Shown: in pieces, positions 1-38,518 of the stretch
How the letters are laid out: every line of letters begins with the position of its first letter
Position numbering within the stretch: the first letter of the stretch is position 1
Assembly (NCBI GenBank): GCA_963693365.1
Contig: CAVNZM010000008.1
Location: forward strand, 6,148,830-6,212,829
DNA length: 64,000 nucleotides
From: Amoebidium appalachense
Taxonomy: Eukaryota; Protista; Ichthyosporea
Reading direction: 5' to 3'
Notes under the pieces: generated by a model
What the model was told of the DNA's origin: nothing
Databases searched by the model: none
The model's input: the letters and a program-made list of their open reading frames with translations, nothing else
Made by a program: the position numbers and the translations under genes

Positions 1-91
1 GGGGGGGGGGTAGGTGTGGGCCGGTGGGTGGGTGGGTGGGTGACTGTGTGTGTGTGATTGTGTGTGTGTGTGTGTGTGTGTTTGTGTTTGT

Positions 92-152
<61 letters not shown>

Positions 153-451
153 CGCGTGCGCGCACGCATGTGTGTGTGCGCGCGTGTGTGTGTGTGTGGG
201 TGCGCGCGCGCGTGTGTGTGCATGCAAGTATGAATGTATCTCATGTATCTAGCTATAATAGTTGTTGCTGTTCTTCTTATTACTTTTTTCCTTTTAATGA
301 CACGACCCCATCTATAATCTGTGATTTATGTAACATTTTCTCCTGCACCGCTTTTCAAGCTTCAAGCACTCCACCAACCATACAACCCCCCCCCCACCCC
401 TCCCCCCCCCTCTCCCCCCCACCCCCCCCCCCCCCACCCCCCTCCCCCTCA

Positions 452-488
<37 letters not shown>

Positions 489-503
489 ACCCTTCAACCC
501 CAG

Positions 504-6514
<6,011 letters not shown>

Positions 6515-7598
6515 ACGGGTCACGTGACCGTGCCTGCATCTCGGCCCAATCAGAACGGGTTGTGACGTCATGGCGGTGGGATATGCATGGTTTGGGATAC
6601 TGATTTTGCTAAAATATCCACACGATGGGATGTACTTACTGGGACGCATGGATTGAGAGATTCGTATTTTCATGATATATACACATAATGGGATGTGCAT
6701 ATATGATGTGGTGAGACATCCACAAATTGGCGATATGGGGTTGTGTGTGTGTGTGTGTGTTAGGGGAGAGGGGAGGGGGACTCTTAGGATAGAAAGTAGG
6801 TAGGTTTGTGAAGATAGTCCGTGTGGAGACGAGCCACACGTCCGAGATCTTGTTTTTCTTTCGTGCATCCATGCGCACTTTTTTTTTTTTTTTTTTTAAA
6901 AAAAATTTTTACATTTTGAGATTTGTGTTTGGGAAGGCCCGGTGGGACCTGGTGGGAACAACATGGTATTGGTGGAAGTGGACGATTTAGCTTTATACAT
7001 ACGCGCGATAAATTAACAACATGCTATCTCTAGCATTTTTTTATTTTTTGTGTCATGCTTCGGTTTCGAATGGCCAGTGTTACTAAACTTAGTTACTGCT
7101 CCTTAGTTTGGGTGGGTGGATATGGGTGTGGGTGTTGTCCGTGTGTTGTGTTTGGGGCGGTGGGGGGTGGGGGGAGGAGGGGTCTTCTTTTGTTTTTTGG
7201 GGGGGAAGAAAGCAAAGCCTTAGGGGCTGTACATTATTTTCTTTTAAGTTTCCGAGAGGCTGCTGTGCAGCAGCAACAATAAACCGTTGGTCTTTTGGTG
7301 TTACCCAGTCTGAGTGTACGGGTGATACCGGGGGGGGGGGGGAGAGGGGGGAGGGGGGGGAGGGGGGGGGAGGGGGGGGCACTTATGTTTGACTGATAGA
7401 CAGCTGAAGTAGGTCCAATTGGGACAGACTGGTAGTGGAATATTAAAATCACAACAAAAAAAAGAAGAAGAGGGCGCAGAAGATAAAATATTAACACAGC
7501 TTTAAGAATAGGAAGGCAAGTTGGGGGAAAGATGGGGGGAGGCTGTCAAGCCTTAGGAGGGAAAGAATTATTTACAATGACTTTATTGAAGTGATCCT

Positions 7599-9190
7599 GG
7601 GGGTTTACACACTATTTATTGCCGTGGACCCTGTCTGGGGCCCAGCCTCACTCGACGGCCTACTGCGTTTTCCAGCGAAGCCAATCAAATACAGCTGGTG
7701 ACATATGTACATGCTAAGCAACATCTAGCGCAGTCGTAGCATGCATACGACAATCCTATTACATATTATGGATAAGCAGAGGCTAGCATTGGTAGCTCGA
7801 AAGAAAGTTAAGACACCGTATCACAATATCATACTGTGCAGCATTAATAAGGTGATCTATAATAGTCATTTTAGAACGAATATATTGAGGAAGGGAGGCG
7901 GCAAAGAGAATAAAACCGCCCATAACCTCCGGTTCTATTACGTTAGCTAACAGGTCACACTTATTGATAGATATGCATCCGCGAGTAAACCGCCCCCCAC
8001 ACATATTACACATACGAGCAGGAGACACCAGAAACCGATTACACCGCCAAGACATGATCATCTTTGCGTTACACCACACCACATTACGAATAAACGAATC
8101 TATGTAGGAACGAGACTCTCTAACCATATCCGCCATATATGCTACTAGCAGTTGGTGTTTTTGCGGTCCTAACACAGGAATGGACTCGACTCGTAGAGTA
8201 AAAAGATATCTATCAGCCATAGACTTAAAGCTATTCATATTCACACTATGATCTAGCCGTACCTCCGGTGGGGTTGCCAGCCATTCCGCATATCGCTCGA
8301 CAATGGGCAGAGACGAGTGGACGGGAAGAGGTAGAGGGGCGAGTCTGGCGGGGATGCTTGTAGCCGGAACAGTGGGTGGTCTGGGGCACATGCGGACAGG
8401 CGGGTGTTGTGCTGGTGAAATTTAAGGGCTAATTCGCGTACGCGTTGTGATGGTAGTGTGAGTGCATATAGAGAATCGAAAAGGCGTCTAGGGATAGGTG
8501 TGGAAAGACCAGTAAGAAACGTACAACATGTGTTGTGTAGTGGAAATCCTCTAGTGATTGGAGGACATTATCAACAGTATCAGGGGGTGCCATAGCTAGT
8601 AAGGGCAACCCGTATTCAGACAAAGGGCGAATATAAGTGCGAAAAATACTAAGACGGTTGTGTTGGTGTAGAGTATTAGAAAGATTAGCAAGATACAAAT
8701 CCCTAAATAACCGAAAACACCTGCCTGCACTCTCCACCCGACGGTCGAACATCCGTTTGAAATGATATGCCCCACTCGTCCACCGGAATCCCCAAATACT
8801 TGTATTCGATTGGGCGAGGAAGGTCCAAGGTTGGGATGGATTTTGATAACAGGGCACACTTTTTGACATTACCCTTCATATCATTACGCTGGCACCAGTG
8901 TTCAACCACACGTATATGTTGCCTTAATTCGACGGGATCGGATGACATAAGCACAATATCGTTGGCGAAAAAGAGGGCGGGGGGGGCCTGGGAGCTCTAG
9001 GGCAACCCCCCGTCAATTTGTTCATCAAAAAAGAAGTAATCGAGCTGAGCCTCCAGAGCCGCTCATTTCTAATTACATGCCCAAAAAGTAATACGAATCC
9101 GGACCGTCCCGTGCCACTGCTCTTTGCAAACATATAAACAAACATGTTCTCGCACCATGGCCAAGCAAGGGCCTGGATTCCTATCAAAGT
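7599..9190 (-). mobile_element. Decayed non-LTR retrotransposon (RT and C-terminal ORF2 fragments, frameshifted)
   Basis: Fragments VEHWCQRNDMKGNVKKC, EYKYLGIPVD, RLSIFRTYIRPLSEYGLPLLA and WRCNRF..CNMCGGRFTRGCISINKC lie in different frames and are collinear with intact ORF2 at 59818-63012 (YKYLGVPVD, IRTFVFPACEYGLPLLA, WRSNKY..C..FNRSCIAKC). Confidence 0.85.
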
Positions 9191-9796
9191 TTTGGTAGGG
9201 AGCTCGAGGTGGGTGTCACGTTAGTAGCCATCATGCACGTGCGTGGGGGCAAAAAAACAGTAGTGGCATATGCATGGCGCACCATTATGATAACATGGAT
9301 GCCCATTTATGGTTATCATCGATATTGGGATCTGCACGAGATACGTATATTCTATTATTAGTAAAGGTATGATTAGCCAATGGATCACGAAAGTTCTTAA
9401 CATGTACAAGCTTGCAGCTTTAATTGAATTTTGCCACAATTCCGTTTGCGAAACGCTTTTTTCTCGAAGTTCCCGAGCAACAGATAGCATCCACATAGCA
9501 AATCCCCCCCCCCCCCCCCCCCCCCCCCCTCTCGCTCCACACCCTCCACACACACATACACACGGACGCACACGTATGCACGCACACGTACGCACACACA
9601 CAGCTCCGCAATACATTAATGCCATGTCAATGTGGCAGACACACACACACACACAATGCAAGCACACGACGTGCACGTGCACACACACACACACACACAC
9701 AGCTGACACGCATGTACACAATGTCATAGCATGTACACACGTGTTCACTGACACATGTCAATGTGCCCACAGGGGCACACACACACATATATATGA

Positions 9797-9834
<38 letters not shown>

Positions 9835-10040
9835 GCACACACTCATAGTTACACATTCTGTACACACACACACGCACCAAAACACACCTGTAATTAAAGA
9901 CATGAGCACACACCGTGGCACACACACACACACACACGGTGCCGAACACGCTTTCAGTCTGTGTACACACACACATATGCATTTGCCAAAGCCCCAAAGG
10001 CAGAATACGAAACACGTGACAATTTAACTTAACCCCCCCC

Positions 10041-10072
<32 letters not shown>

Positions 10073-10307
10073 ACCCCAAAAAAAAAAGGTGGAGACGAGA
10101 GAAGAAAAAGAACATGTTGATTTTTCCTGTTTATTTAATTTCGGATCATCTGCACGGAAGGCCAGCTTCCAAAAGTGTGTTTTGCAACCTTGCAAGTACA
10201 CGAATTGGTGATCTCTGGTTGTATAAAAGTTTAAAATTGAAGTCAAATATTAAATTAACACAGTACATTCCTCAATTTCACTGTGATAACTGAGCCCTCG
10301 TCTCATA

Positions 10308-10363
<56 letters not shown>

Positions 10364-10810
10364 TCCCCCCCCACCCACCCACCCTTCTCCCACTAGTACT
10401 CAAAAAAAAAAAAAAAAAAAAAAGGTGTGACAGTAAATTGCATACCGTGGGAAACGAAAAGAAGGAAAAGAAAAGAAAAAAATTATAAAACAAAATTAGC
10501 AAAAACCGTCAAATCACACATTAGAACCAAGAGCCCAAACCAAGAAGGAACCTCCTCATAGCAAACTTACCCACCCACAACAAGAACACAGGCTACGAAA
10601 GCCACATTTCAACGGTGTCTCTGACCAATCAGCAGCCGTCATTAAAAACGATGTCACAACTGGACCTCACATTACGACATTGATAAAGAAAACCAAAAAC
10701 GGCCGTGCTAAAAAAAAGCACTTGTTCTGACGTCATCAACGTAACCCACCGCCCAGGCTACCGAGATAAGCTGGTAGATACGGAAGTTTCTTCAATTAAA
10801 GCCCTGCTCT

Positions 10811-29689
<18,879 letters not shown>

Positions 29690-30104
29690 CTTTCACGTGT
29701 ATAAGATTGCCCCGCTTATACGTGTGTCCAGGTGTGTACGTACGTGCGCGTATGCTCGTGCTCTTGCGTAGTGCATGTACAGGCTTGCGTGCTCAGTGAT
29801 TATTATGAACCAAAACTCACTGAATGAACAAAATGTCTAACTGACGAAGTGTCTTCCCGCCTTTACGAACAAAGTTTCGAAAACACAAGGCTTAACAGTA
29901 TCTCTCCAAGCTCTATGGAGGTTTCAGCGAAAGGGACACCACCTTCTACACTTTATCCTCAGGTTACTTGTTGCCTGCATGCCGTGTGTACATGTGCGGG
30001 GGTCGGACTTTCGGGGCTTGAAAATCGTGACGGGGCAAATATCACTGGTAATGTGAATTGCGTCGGCAAAGGGCCTCCGCGTGTGCCCAAACCGAGGCTC
30101 TGTG

Positions 30105-30425
30105 GGCAGAACCGATACGGAACCAATTCAGAATCGAATCGGAATCGGTTGTAGAATTGGAATAGGATTATTGAGAATTACCGAATGCGCGACATGAGCA
30201 CCCGTAGCCTTTTCTCTCACGGTGCTTTTACCTTTTTATCGCGCTGGGTCAGTCACTGGAAGGGCGAGCGCGCTCGCCGTGCGCCCTGGCTTGCCTATAG
30301 TGCTTACGTCATTGACACATCTGGGGCGGAAATGAACTCGGAATCGGATCGGAATCGGTCTAGGATTCGGAATCGGATTGAAAACTGTCAAGGAATCGGA
30401 ATCGGATCGAGAACCCGATTCGCAA
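30105..30425. repeat. Two clusters of degenerate (GGAATC)/(GGATC) short repeats, possibly DNA-transposon/MITE subterminal remnants
   Basis: GAATCGGAATCGG at ~30135, ~30340-30355 and ~30392-30408; the two clusters resemble each other. Confidence 0.4.
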
Positions 30426-30983
30426 CATCATCAGGCGGCGGATGTTCTTGACAGCGCGTGGTCTTCCTATCGGCTCATGTACTTATTCCTGGTGCGTTAT
30501 TGTAGAACACTTTTTTTGAACTGTACTACAGCTGGGGAGCACGTGTACTTCCTTGCAATTGCGGCGGAACCTCTTGACAGGACGCACGCTGTCGTGAGCT
30601 GAATGCACGTGTTTTGGTCCGCGCACCTAGGCCTCAAAACGCGTGATTGGTTGCTATTTTTGCTGTCGCGTGTTTTGACTTAATAATAGTGGCCAATCGA
30701 AATTATACGTAGAAGGGTAAAATAAAGCACTGCGCTCTATTTCCTAATTGCTTGGCGCCCCCTGATTGGCAGTGAGGTCCTCTTGCTTGACATCTCACGT
30801 GAGACAACCTGATCCCCTAACAACCCTTACACAAACCCAACTTCGGCTTTCAGCCTCGGTCGGGAATCACACGTGGGATAGGCAGTCGATAACCTCATAA
30901 CTAACCAATAAAGCATCAATAGAGCTTTAAAAATGTTTTAAATCATAAAAAATCATTTCAGAGTTAGATGTCATTTTCTTACA

Positions 30984-31330
30984 TCGCCATCCTTTTGGCG
31001 CCAAATCTCACCCTGTGGGCCCGGACCAGCCCAGCAGCCTGCAGCTGTGGATCCGCCCGCGAGCTGCTTGAAATTGAACTCAAGCTATGAAGATACTGGC
31101 AGGCGAATGCGGGGCCCCCGTCTGCTACATCTGTAGATGGGGCCGGTGGCTCATGCCCCTCGCGCAGGTACAATCCAAAACTGTTATGAGAAAACGAATG
31201 TTGAAGAGTGTGTGTGTTTGTTATCCACGTCATGTGTGTGTGCATGTGCTCATGTGTGTACACGTGTGTGCGTGTGTGTTTCTAAGTGTATCACCGTGTG
31301 CACATGTGTGTGCGTGTGTGTGTGTGTGTG

Positions 31331-31392
<62 letters not shown>

Positions 31393-31478
31393 CACGGTTC
31401 CTGTCGCGAGAAACTAGGAGGTATGTGTGCGGGGAAAGTCTTTGGGCGTTTGGGACAGGAAGAGAGGGCCCGGACGGT

Positions 31479-31537
<59 letters not shown>

Positions 31538-31553
31538 GGGTGACGGGGCGGAA

Positions 31554-31585
<32 letters not shown>

Positions 31586-31657
31586 GCATATACACACCTG
31601 TGCACCCAGCTGCAGGGTGACAGCAAACAGGAGCAGAACGACCTGCCAGGTCCTCAT
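30984..31657 (-). pseudogene. Possible remnant of a secreted-protein gene
   Basis: 31657-31598 encodes the signal-peptide-like MRTWQVVLLLFAVTLQLGAQ ending at a GT donor; 31086-30984 reads LEFNFKQLAGGSTAAGCWAGPGPQGEIWRQKDGD followed by GTAAG. I could not link these into a complete gene. Confidence 0.35.
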
Positions 31658-34600
31658 TCCACCACCAGAACCAACCGTTTGCGGGAACCCATATTGTGTG
31701 GGCAAATGACTCAACAACGCCGTTACGTGGCTACGCGAAGTACTTTTGAAAAGAAGTGTGCTTGGTTTGTTTCAGTACCTTTACTGAGTGCCCCCGTTAC
31801 GTTTTATGGTAACGTGCCATATCTGCCCAAAACGCATTGCCGCGCTCGCTGGAAACAGCGCAACGATCTAGTCTAGACAATTGGTACCGAGATAGACGAA
31901 AAATGTCGCAAGCATGTTGATAGGTGTGAATTTTTATGTCGCGTTTTACCTCTTTCCCTCCGGGTATCTGCTACACTAGCTGGCAATGTGAACACTTTAG
32001 ACTTTTTGTTGAATTCTGTTGGTCGTCACATTGAGTATTTATATGATTTTCACACAGTGTTCAGGTATCTCAGTATGCACTTGTTACTGGATAACTCGTG
32101 AAGTTTAACGTGACTGCAGCGTGTGTGTGGTGTGGCCTGGTGTATTCCTACTGCTGTGACTCGGAGAGTGTGGGGTTCGCTGAGTTTCTCGCTTGAGAAG
32201 TGGTTTCTTCAACTTCGCCTGGTGGTCCACTGCATCCTATGGTAACTTCTACACGCTGTCTACGCTTCTACGCGACCTATTGGCGGTGGGCTGCTGCAAC
32301 TTCTTCAGCTACTTCTGCGCTGCGTGAGAGGAGGGGCGGCTACTTGGTCGTCGGGGAGCTTTCCAAGTGACTGCCAGTCCTTAGCCTCCAGTCGTATGGC
32401 AATGACCGGGTTTGCTTGCATGCATTCTGTAACTGTGTTTTTCTGTGTGTCCTGCCACAACTAGGCCACCTTATCAGAGAGCTAGATGCAGTTTCTCCGG
32501 GTTATCTAGGGGTCGGGCCCGTTGGGATTGTTTTTTAGCTCAGATGTGGTCTGCATTGCTCTTTTAGAGGCTTAACTTGCTTGCTGTGCCCCGATAGGTT
32601 TTGAGGGGGACCTGTTGGGAAGGAGCAGTAATGATGTCTTCTTGCGGAGTGTGGTCTGGTCAACATCGATGCATACGACTAGTTGGAGCAAACTAGTTTC
32701 ACGCATACACGTACACTTAAGGTTTTGCCCGCTGGTGTCCTTTGTCACTTGTCGCTTTATTTTTTATTTTTATTTCGTAGCTTTGGCTTTTTCAGTTTTA
32801 TGGGTGCCTGGATGTAGCCTGTGGCTGCACGTTGCCTTCATCAACGGATCAATAAACCCGAGTCAAAAGTTTTTATTGTCTTCTCAGTATGCCGTGCATA
32901 CTTGCATATCTTTCCGTCGAATATATCCAGTCAAAAGAAAAAAAGAAAATGTCCAAGCGCATTTAGAGACCCCCAAACTAGTCAAACTTCGAACCCCAAA
33001 AGTTTAAATTACAGTATTTTTCCCCGGTATCCGTTCTCCGTTCTTTATCGGGGCTATAAACACCCACTTATTTGCTCTTCAAAATCCGTGTCAGCGTTGG
33101 GCAAAAGCGTTTTTATTGTTTACCCTCCTCCCATTAGCCAATCAAATCGCATATATTCGCAGCTACCCCGGCCTTCTTCCCCTCACCTCCCCCCCTCCAC
33201 GTCCGGATCTTTCGAACCCTACTCCTATTTGATCTCGTGGAGTAGAAAGGAGCCTACCTGCCCCAAAAAAGCCAGATGCTTGCGCGGAAGCATCTGCACC
33301 TGCAGCTATACTGGGTATATGCCTATATATACACCACTGTAGGAGTTCTAGTAGGATTGAGTGCCAGATATTGGTGCTTGCCAAAGATCCAGAGCCAGCC
33401 TTTAGATCTAGAGACTAGAGATCTGCTGAGATTCTTCACCTGCTTCCCATGAGAAAACTTCAACGATAATGTTCAGGTGTATGCAAAGTACGCAAAATAA
33501 GCTGGTCACACGCCGGGTACCGGTGTGCATGGCAATATGTTCATCGGTGCATGCTGAACCACAAGTATTTGTCAAGCGAAGAAGTTCGAATTCAATTTGG
33601 AGCCAGCCAATTCATGATGAGTTCTATACTAGTGCCGATGAAGTTGTACGTCTCCAGATAATTCTCAAAGTCACTATTTACATCCTCGAGTTACTTTTTA
33701 CCATTGTTTGGAAAAATGCATATGCAGATGCCACAAATCTTCAGCCCTCTCAAACGCCTCAATGTGCACACAGCTGCAGATTTCTCTTACCAGATGTAAA
33801 TGCATGTTTTAGCATAAAGACTCCCAATTTTTTTTATAGGCGGCATGCAACATGTCTTGCGACTTTTCGAGCGTATGCAAGTAGGTGCTCACTGCCCACG
33901 AGGGCCGGGTGGTTTTAGCTGTACATACTTAATTCGAGGGACATCGTGGTCTGTTCCAAATCACATATACCGATATATATGCGCAATGATGCATCCTGGG
34001 GATTGCTGGCTTTTCTTAAGGAGACCAGCTGATGGAAACATATAGATAGAGCTCAGGCTCTCTGTGTCCCTAGGAAGGGCCCATAATTTTTATTCTCATA
34101 AGGTACTGAGCGTACATCTGCACTAATACGTAGGGGAGAGAGTGTTTATCTGGCAGAACTGCCAATAATTTGTATACGTAGTGCCTGCTGAAAAAGCCGC
34201 GGGCAAGTTTATCGCGATTCCATGATAGGTACGGAATGCATATTGTAGACCAATCCAACAAGGCTATCCCCTCTGGTTGCATGACAATAAAGGATATATA
34301 TTGTTGTAATTGGGTTAATATTTTATAACAGCCTCATTAGTAGACAGTGTGCTATTGTTCTACCAATCATAATGAACAAGGCTCGCGAGGATCTTGGTGC
34401 TGCTTGGATCTAATAGAATAGATCCCATAGCCCTGAACCGGCGGCAGCAGGAGCTGAAGAAGCTTCTGACAGGTACAATGTTTAGGCGATATCATATTAT
34501 CTACGTTTTTATTATACCTTTTGGATTTTTGCTTGCATAATTTTATTTATGTATAAATACGACTGCTGTAAGCTAACCCTGCCAGATGCATCTGAGGACT

Positions 34601-35307
34601 GCTGCCCCAACGCCGGGAGGTCGGTATCGGGTGACCACCAATCAAGTCACGTTTTCTTCTTTAGAACCCCAGCAAAAAATGCCGGCTGAAAATAAAATAA
34701 GAACAAACCGTTTCTTACCTTATTATTCTTACCAATAAGGCTTTTTGGTTTTCAAATAATATTTAAATGACACAAACTTGTACTTCTTTGTTTGAAAACA
34801 AAAACACAACCGCAATATTCTACTTAAGGGCAATCCTGGCAACAATAGAGTTATCTTTAAATTTGAGAGTTTGTCTTCTGGCTTGAAAAAACTCGCTCAA
34901 GAGGAACCAACGTTCACCCTTGAACGACCAATCAGCAAAACGCATGTTTTTGATTCGTTTTATATCACACCATGCTCTTGGTACCCTAGACAGGGGATAA
35001 AACTCACCACAACCATACAGTGTCAGTGAGTGTGAAAAAAACGTGAAAAACGTGAAGCTGCCATGATTGAGTAAGGTGTTGGTATTGAATACGTAGTTGT
35101 TTTTGTTAACCGATACCTTGTGGCTTCCTGGTGGGCGCCTTTCAGGCTGGAGCCTAAGTTGGTTTCAATAGTCTTTTAGTATAGGTTCGAGTGAGCTTAT
35201 TTTCTTTGCTGCTGATTCCCGAAACACAAACACTGCAGTTAATACTGACTGCACAAACACTTTTTAACAGACGGACACATAACACTGTCACACGTCGTGA
35301 AACACAG

Positions 35308-35338
<31 letters not shown>

Positions 35339-35369
35339 AATATAAATACGCATAGACTTATCAGCGAAC

Positions 35370-36266
35370 ATGCATCCGGTTGAAGGGAGTGGCCCGGAGC
35401 TTTCAGCTCTGAAAGCCGGTGTTGTGAGCCATAACGGAAGCACGACCTCTCTCAACCAAATTCCAGCCATGTGGTCGCGCTGGGAGGAGGAAGCGCCCAC
35501 TCTGGGCGAGCCCCCTGTGCCTGCCACCGACCACGTGTCCGTGCAGATGGGCCGAAACTTGATTGTAGTTGCTGGATTTACCAACCCAAATAACGAAGAC
35601 GGGGGTCTTGTAGATCGAGAGTCGGTCGTCTATTCATACAACCTTGACACGTGTGCATGGAAAAAACATGTTAACAAGGGGAAAGAAGTCCCGGCCCCAC
35701 GAGCTGGACCGTCTGCCGGCGCTTTTATGGGGTGCATGTATGTTTTTGGTGGTTGGTGTAGGGGGTTGGCGTACACGAACGAGCTATGGAAGTATGATGT
35801 TAGGGCATGTGCTTGGACGAAGCTGGGTCCGAGCAGTGATGATGTCGAGGGGGTCACGTGGCCGAGCAGACGAGACAAGGCGGATGTGGTGGCGCACGAG
35901 GGGTCGTTGTATTTGTTCGGAGGATGGGGCCCGAGGCAAGGGGTGAATTCCGCAAATTTCACACGGTCTCCACAGCACCAAAATAGTATGTATACCCACC
36001 CCTTCACCTGACTCTCTGAATCCTCTGAGTTTCCCTTGTATTACGCTCGTATTCTTTTATCCCTGCCCTCATGTTTTTTTTTGGGCTCGTGCGCATGCCT
36101 GCTTGTTCTGGTCAACGAATATGTATGTTATTGAGTCAAGTTTGCACACTAGGCATGAGGCAGTGAGTGACGACTTGAAGTCGTGCAGGTACACGTACAG
36201 AAGGTGACCACCCTGGAAGACCACACACACAACTGTGCGCACACACAACGCACACATGTGCGCGTG

Positions 36267-36357
<91 letters not shown>

Positions 36358-36891
36358 CTGCATGTACATATGGCCCTGTTGTGGTTTCATGGCCTCGTGG
36401 TAGGAGGGATGGATTGCTTGGTTTGAGCTCCTTTGCATAGTTGGTAACGGAGGAAAAAATTGAGTTATCAGGCGGACGTTTTTTTTTGAGTGGAAGGAAC
36501 GTGTGAGCGTCAGTTCCTTTTTTTCTTCTCGCTCTCTCTCCCCCTCTCTCTCCCCCTTTCTCCCTTTTCTTTTCTTTCCTGCTTTTTTTTTTTTCCTTTT
36601 TGTGTGTGTGTGTGGGGGGGGGGGGAGGGGGGGGGGGAGGACGTGTGTGTGTGTGTGTCTGGGGGGAAACGGAGGGGGTTTGGGGGAGGAGCGAGGGGGG
36701 AGGGGGGAGGGGAAGGAGGCGTAGAGCAGAAGTGAAGAGCCGGGAGAAGTGGAGAAGGGTCTTTATTTTTTTTCTTCGCTCTCACGCTTGCATATGTAAC
36801 AGTCTGGGGGTCATGCCACCATGCACGGTGCTGCCCACCACGGGGTCTTTTTCAAAGAACCAAATTATGTCCATGTCCCCCTCCCCCCCCC

Positions 36892-36922
<31 letters not shown>

Positions 36923-37376
36923 ACACTTCCATGCAACCGGGCATGGTTGCTCTGTGTCGTGCATCTGTAAGCACTTACGCATTTTTCGCTGCACTGCATT
37001 AGTTTGCACACACACATTCACCGTTTTGCTCTCCTTGCTTGCATAAGCAACCCTGCTCGTCTTTGATCAAGACGGATTGACCCTCCCAAGCTCAGTTGAT
37101 GCTGCTGTCTGAGTTGGAGAGTCGTATATACGCGGGCTAAGGGGTCGAAACTCAGACGCAATTGATGACTTGGGCCCTCCCTGAGGATGGGCTCTGCTTA
37201 TGACGCATACTGTGCGCATGGCTATGTTGCATACTTGAATGTGTGCCTTTGCATGTGTCCTTCGTGTATGCGTACTTCGTACTGTGTTCCGCATTCAACC
37301 CCCCCCCCCCCCCCCCTTCGCCTTTCCCCGCCCTCCTCCCTCCCCCCTCCTGCTCCCCACCCTCTCCCCCTCCCCC

Positions 37377-37425
<49 letters not shown>

Positions 37426-37604
37426 CACACATACACACCACTTCCCCTTGCTCCCCCACAGGAGTCTTCGTTTTGATGGTTTCATGTGACTTCCCTTTCT
37501 GCGTATTTTTCTTTGTTTGTTTAGCTCTCACCTTTCTCTTGTGTGCATGTGCCTGCCCTCACTCTCCCAATATGCTTATTCTGCCATCCGCGTAACCGCC
37601 AACG

Positions 37605-37636
<32 letters not shown>

Positions 37637-37674
37637 TTCCCCCCTCCCCGGCCAAGCACGGACACACACACACA

Positions 37675-37723
<49 letters not shown>

Positions 37724-38518
37724 ACAGACTCTCCCGAGCTTGGCTGGAACAACGAGTTCTGGCGCTTTGACATCCAATCGGACCGCTGGTCGCGTGTGCC
37801 CACATCCGATCTCACCCCGCAGGCTCGCGCCGCGCACAAACTCGCGCTAATTGGCGACCACATGTACGTTGTCGGCGGCAGGGCGAGCGCGGGCAGACGT
37901 AGCGATGTGCACAGGTTCGATTTCGCAAACATGCGGTGGAGCGGACCGTTGGGAAAAGGAAAGAGACGGGCGCCCATGCTGTCTCCCAACGACCCGGAGG
38001 ATTCGGCCCGAACCGGAAAGAGGGACTGGCCCGTGGGTCGGGTCTGGCATTCAGTGTCGCCGATCGATTCGCGGAGCCTTCTGGTGTTTGGCGGAATGGG
38101 GACGAAGATTGTGGAGGACGGGAAGGAGCAGGCGCTCCCCCTAGATGACGCTTGGATATTCGACACAAATTTGGAGACATACCGGCACGTCGGGAACGCC
38201 CCCCAGCCAAGGCTCTGGCACACGGCGGTGGTCGACGAGACGAACGGAGAGCTGGTGGCGTACGCGGGGAGGGTGGCGGTGCCACAGGAAAATTTCAAGG
38301 ATATGCGGAATGATATACTGAAATTTCGCTACGCGGTGCCCACGCTCAGGTCGCTGTGTGTTTCGCGGTTGGCTAAGGAGTTGGTGAGGGCGGAGGCGGA
38401 GTGCGCGGTACCGTCGCACAAACCGAGGAGATATATTGAAGTTTCGGAGATGGATATACCGGTTGAGATATTTAGAGATGTTCAGCAGAAGAGGCTGCAA
38501 AATGCTGTCGGTTCTTAG
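35370..38518 (+). CDS. Kelch-domain protein, KLHDC1/KLHDC2-like (putative cullin-RING substrate receptor), 2 exons
   Basis: Exons 35370-35985 and 37728-38518 (phase 1, GTATGT...TTACAG). Kelch repeats YVFGGW, RRDK..LYLFGGWG, GWNN, RAAH..YVVGGR, PVGRVWHS..LLVFGG, PLDDAW and PRLWHTA; C-terminal BC-box-like VPTLRSLCV. Confidence 0.88.
36925..37298 (+). mobile_element. Family A monomer in kelch gene intron
   Basis: ACTTCCATGCAACC...CCGCATTCAA-(C)n, preceded by (C)n(AC)n. Confidence 0.9.

Noticed and set aside
32050-34300. Short ORFs in the intergenic block (possible decayed TE)
   Set aside because: I found no recognisable motifs and no consistent frame.
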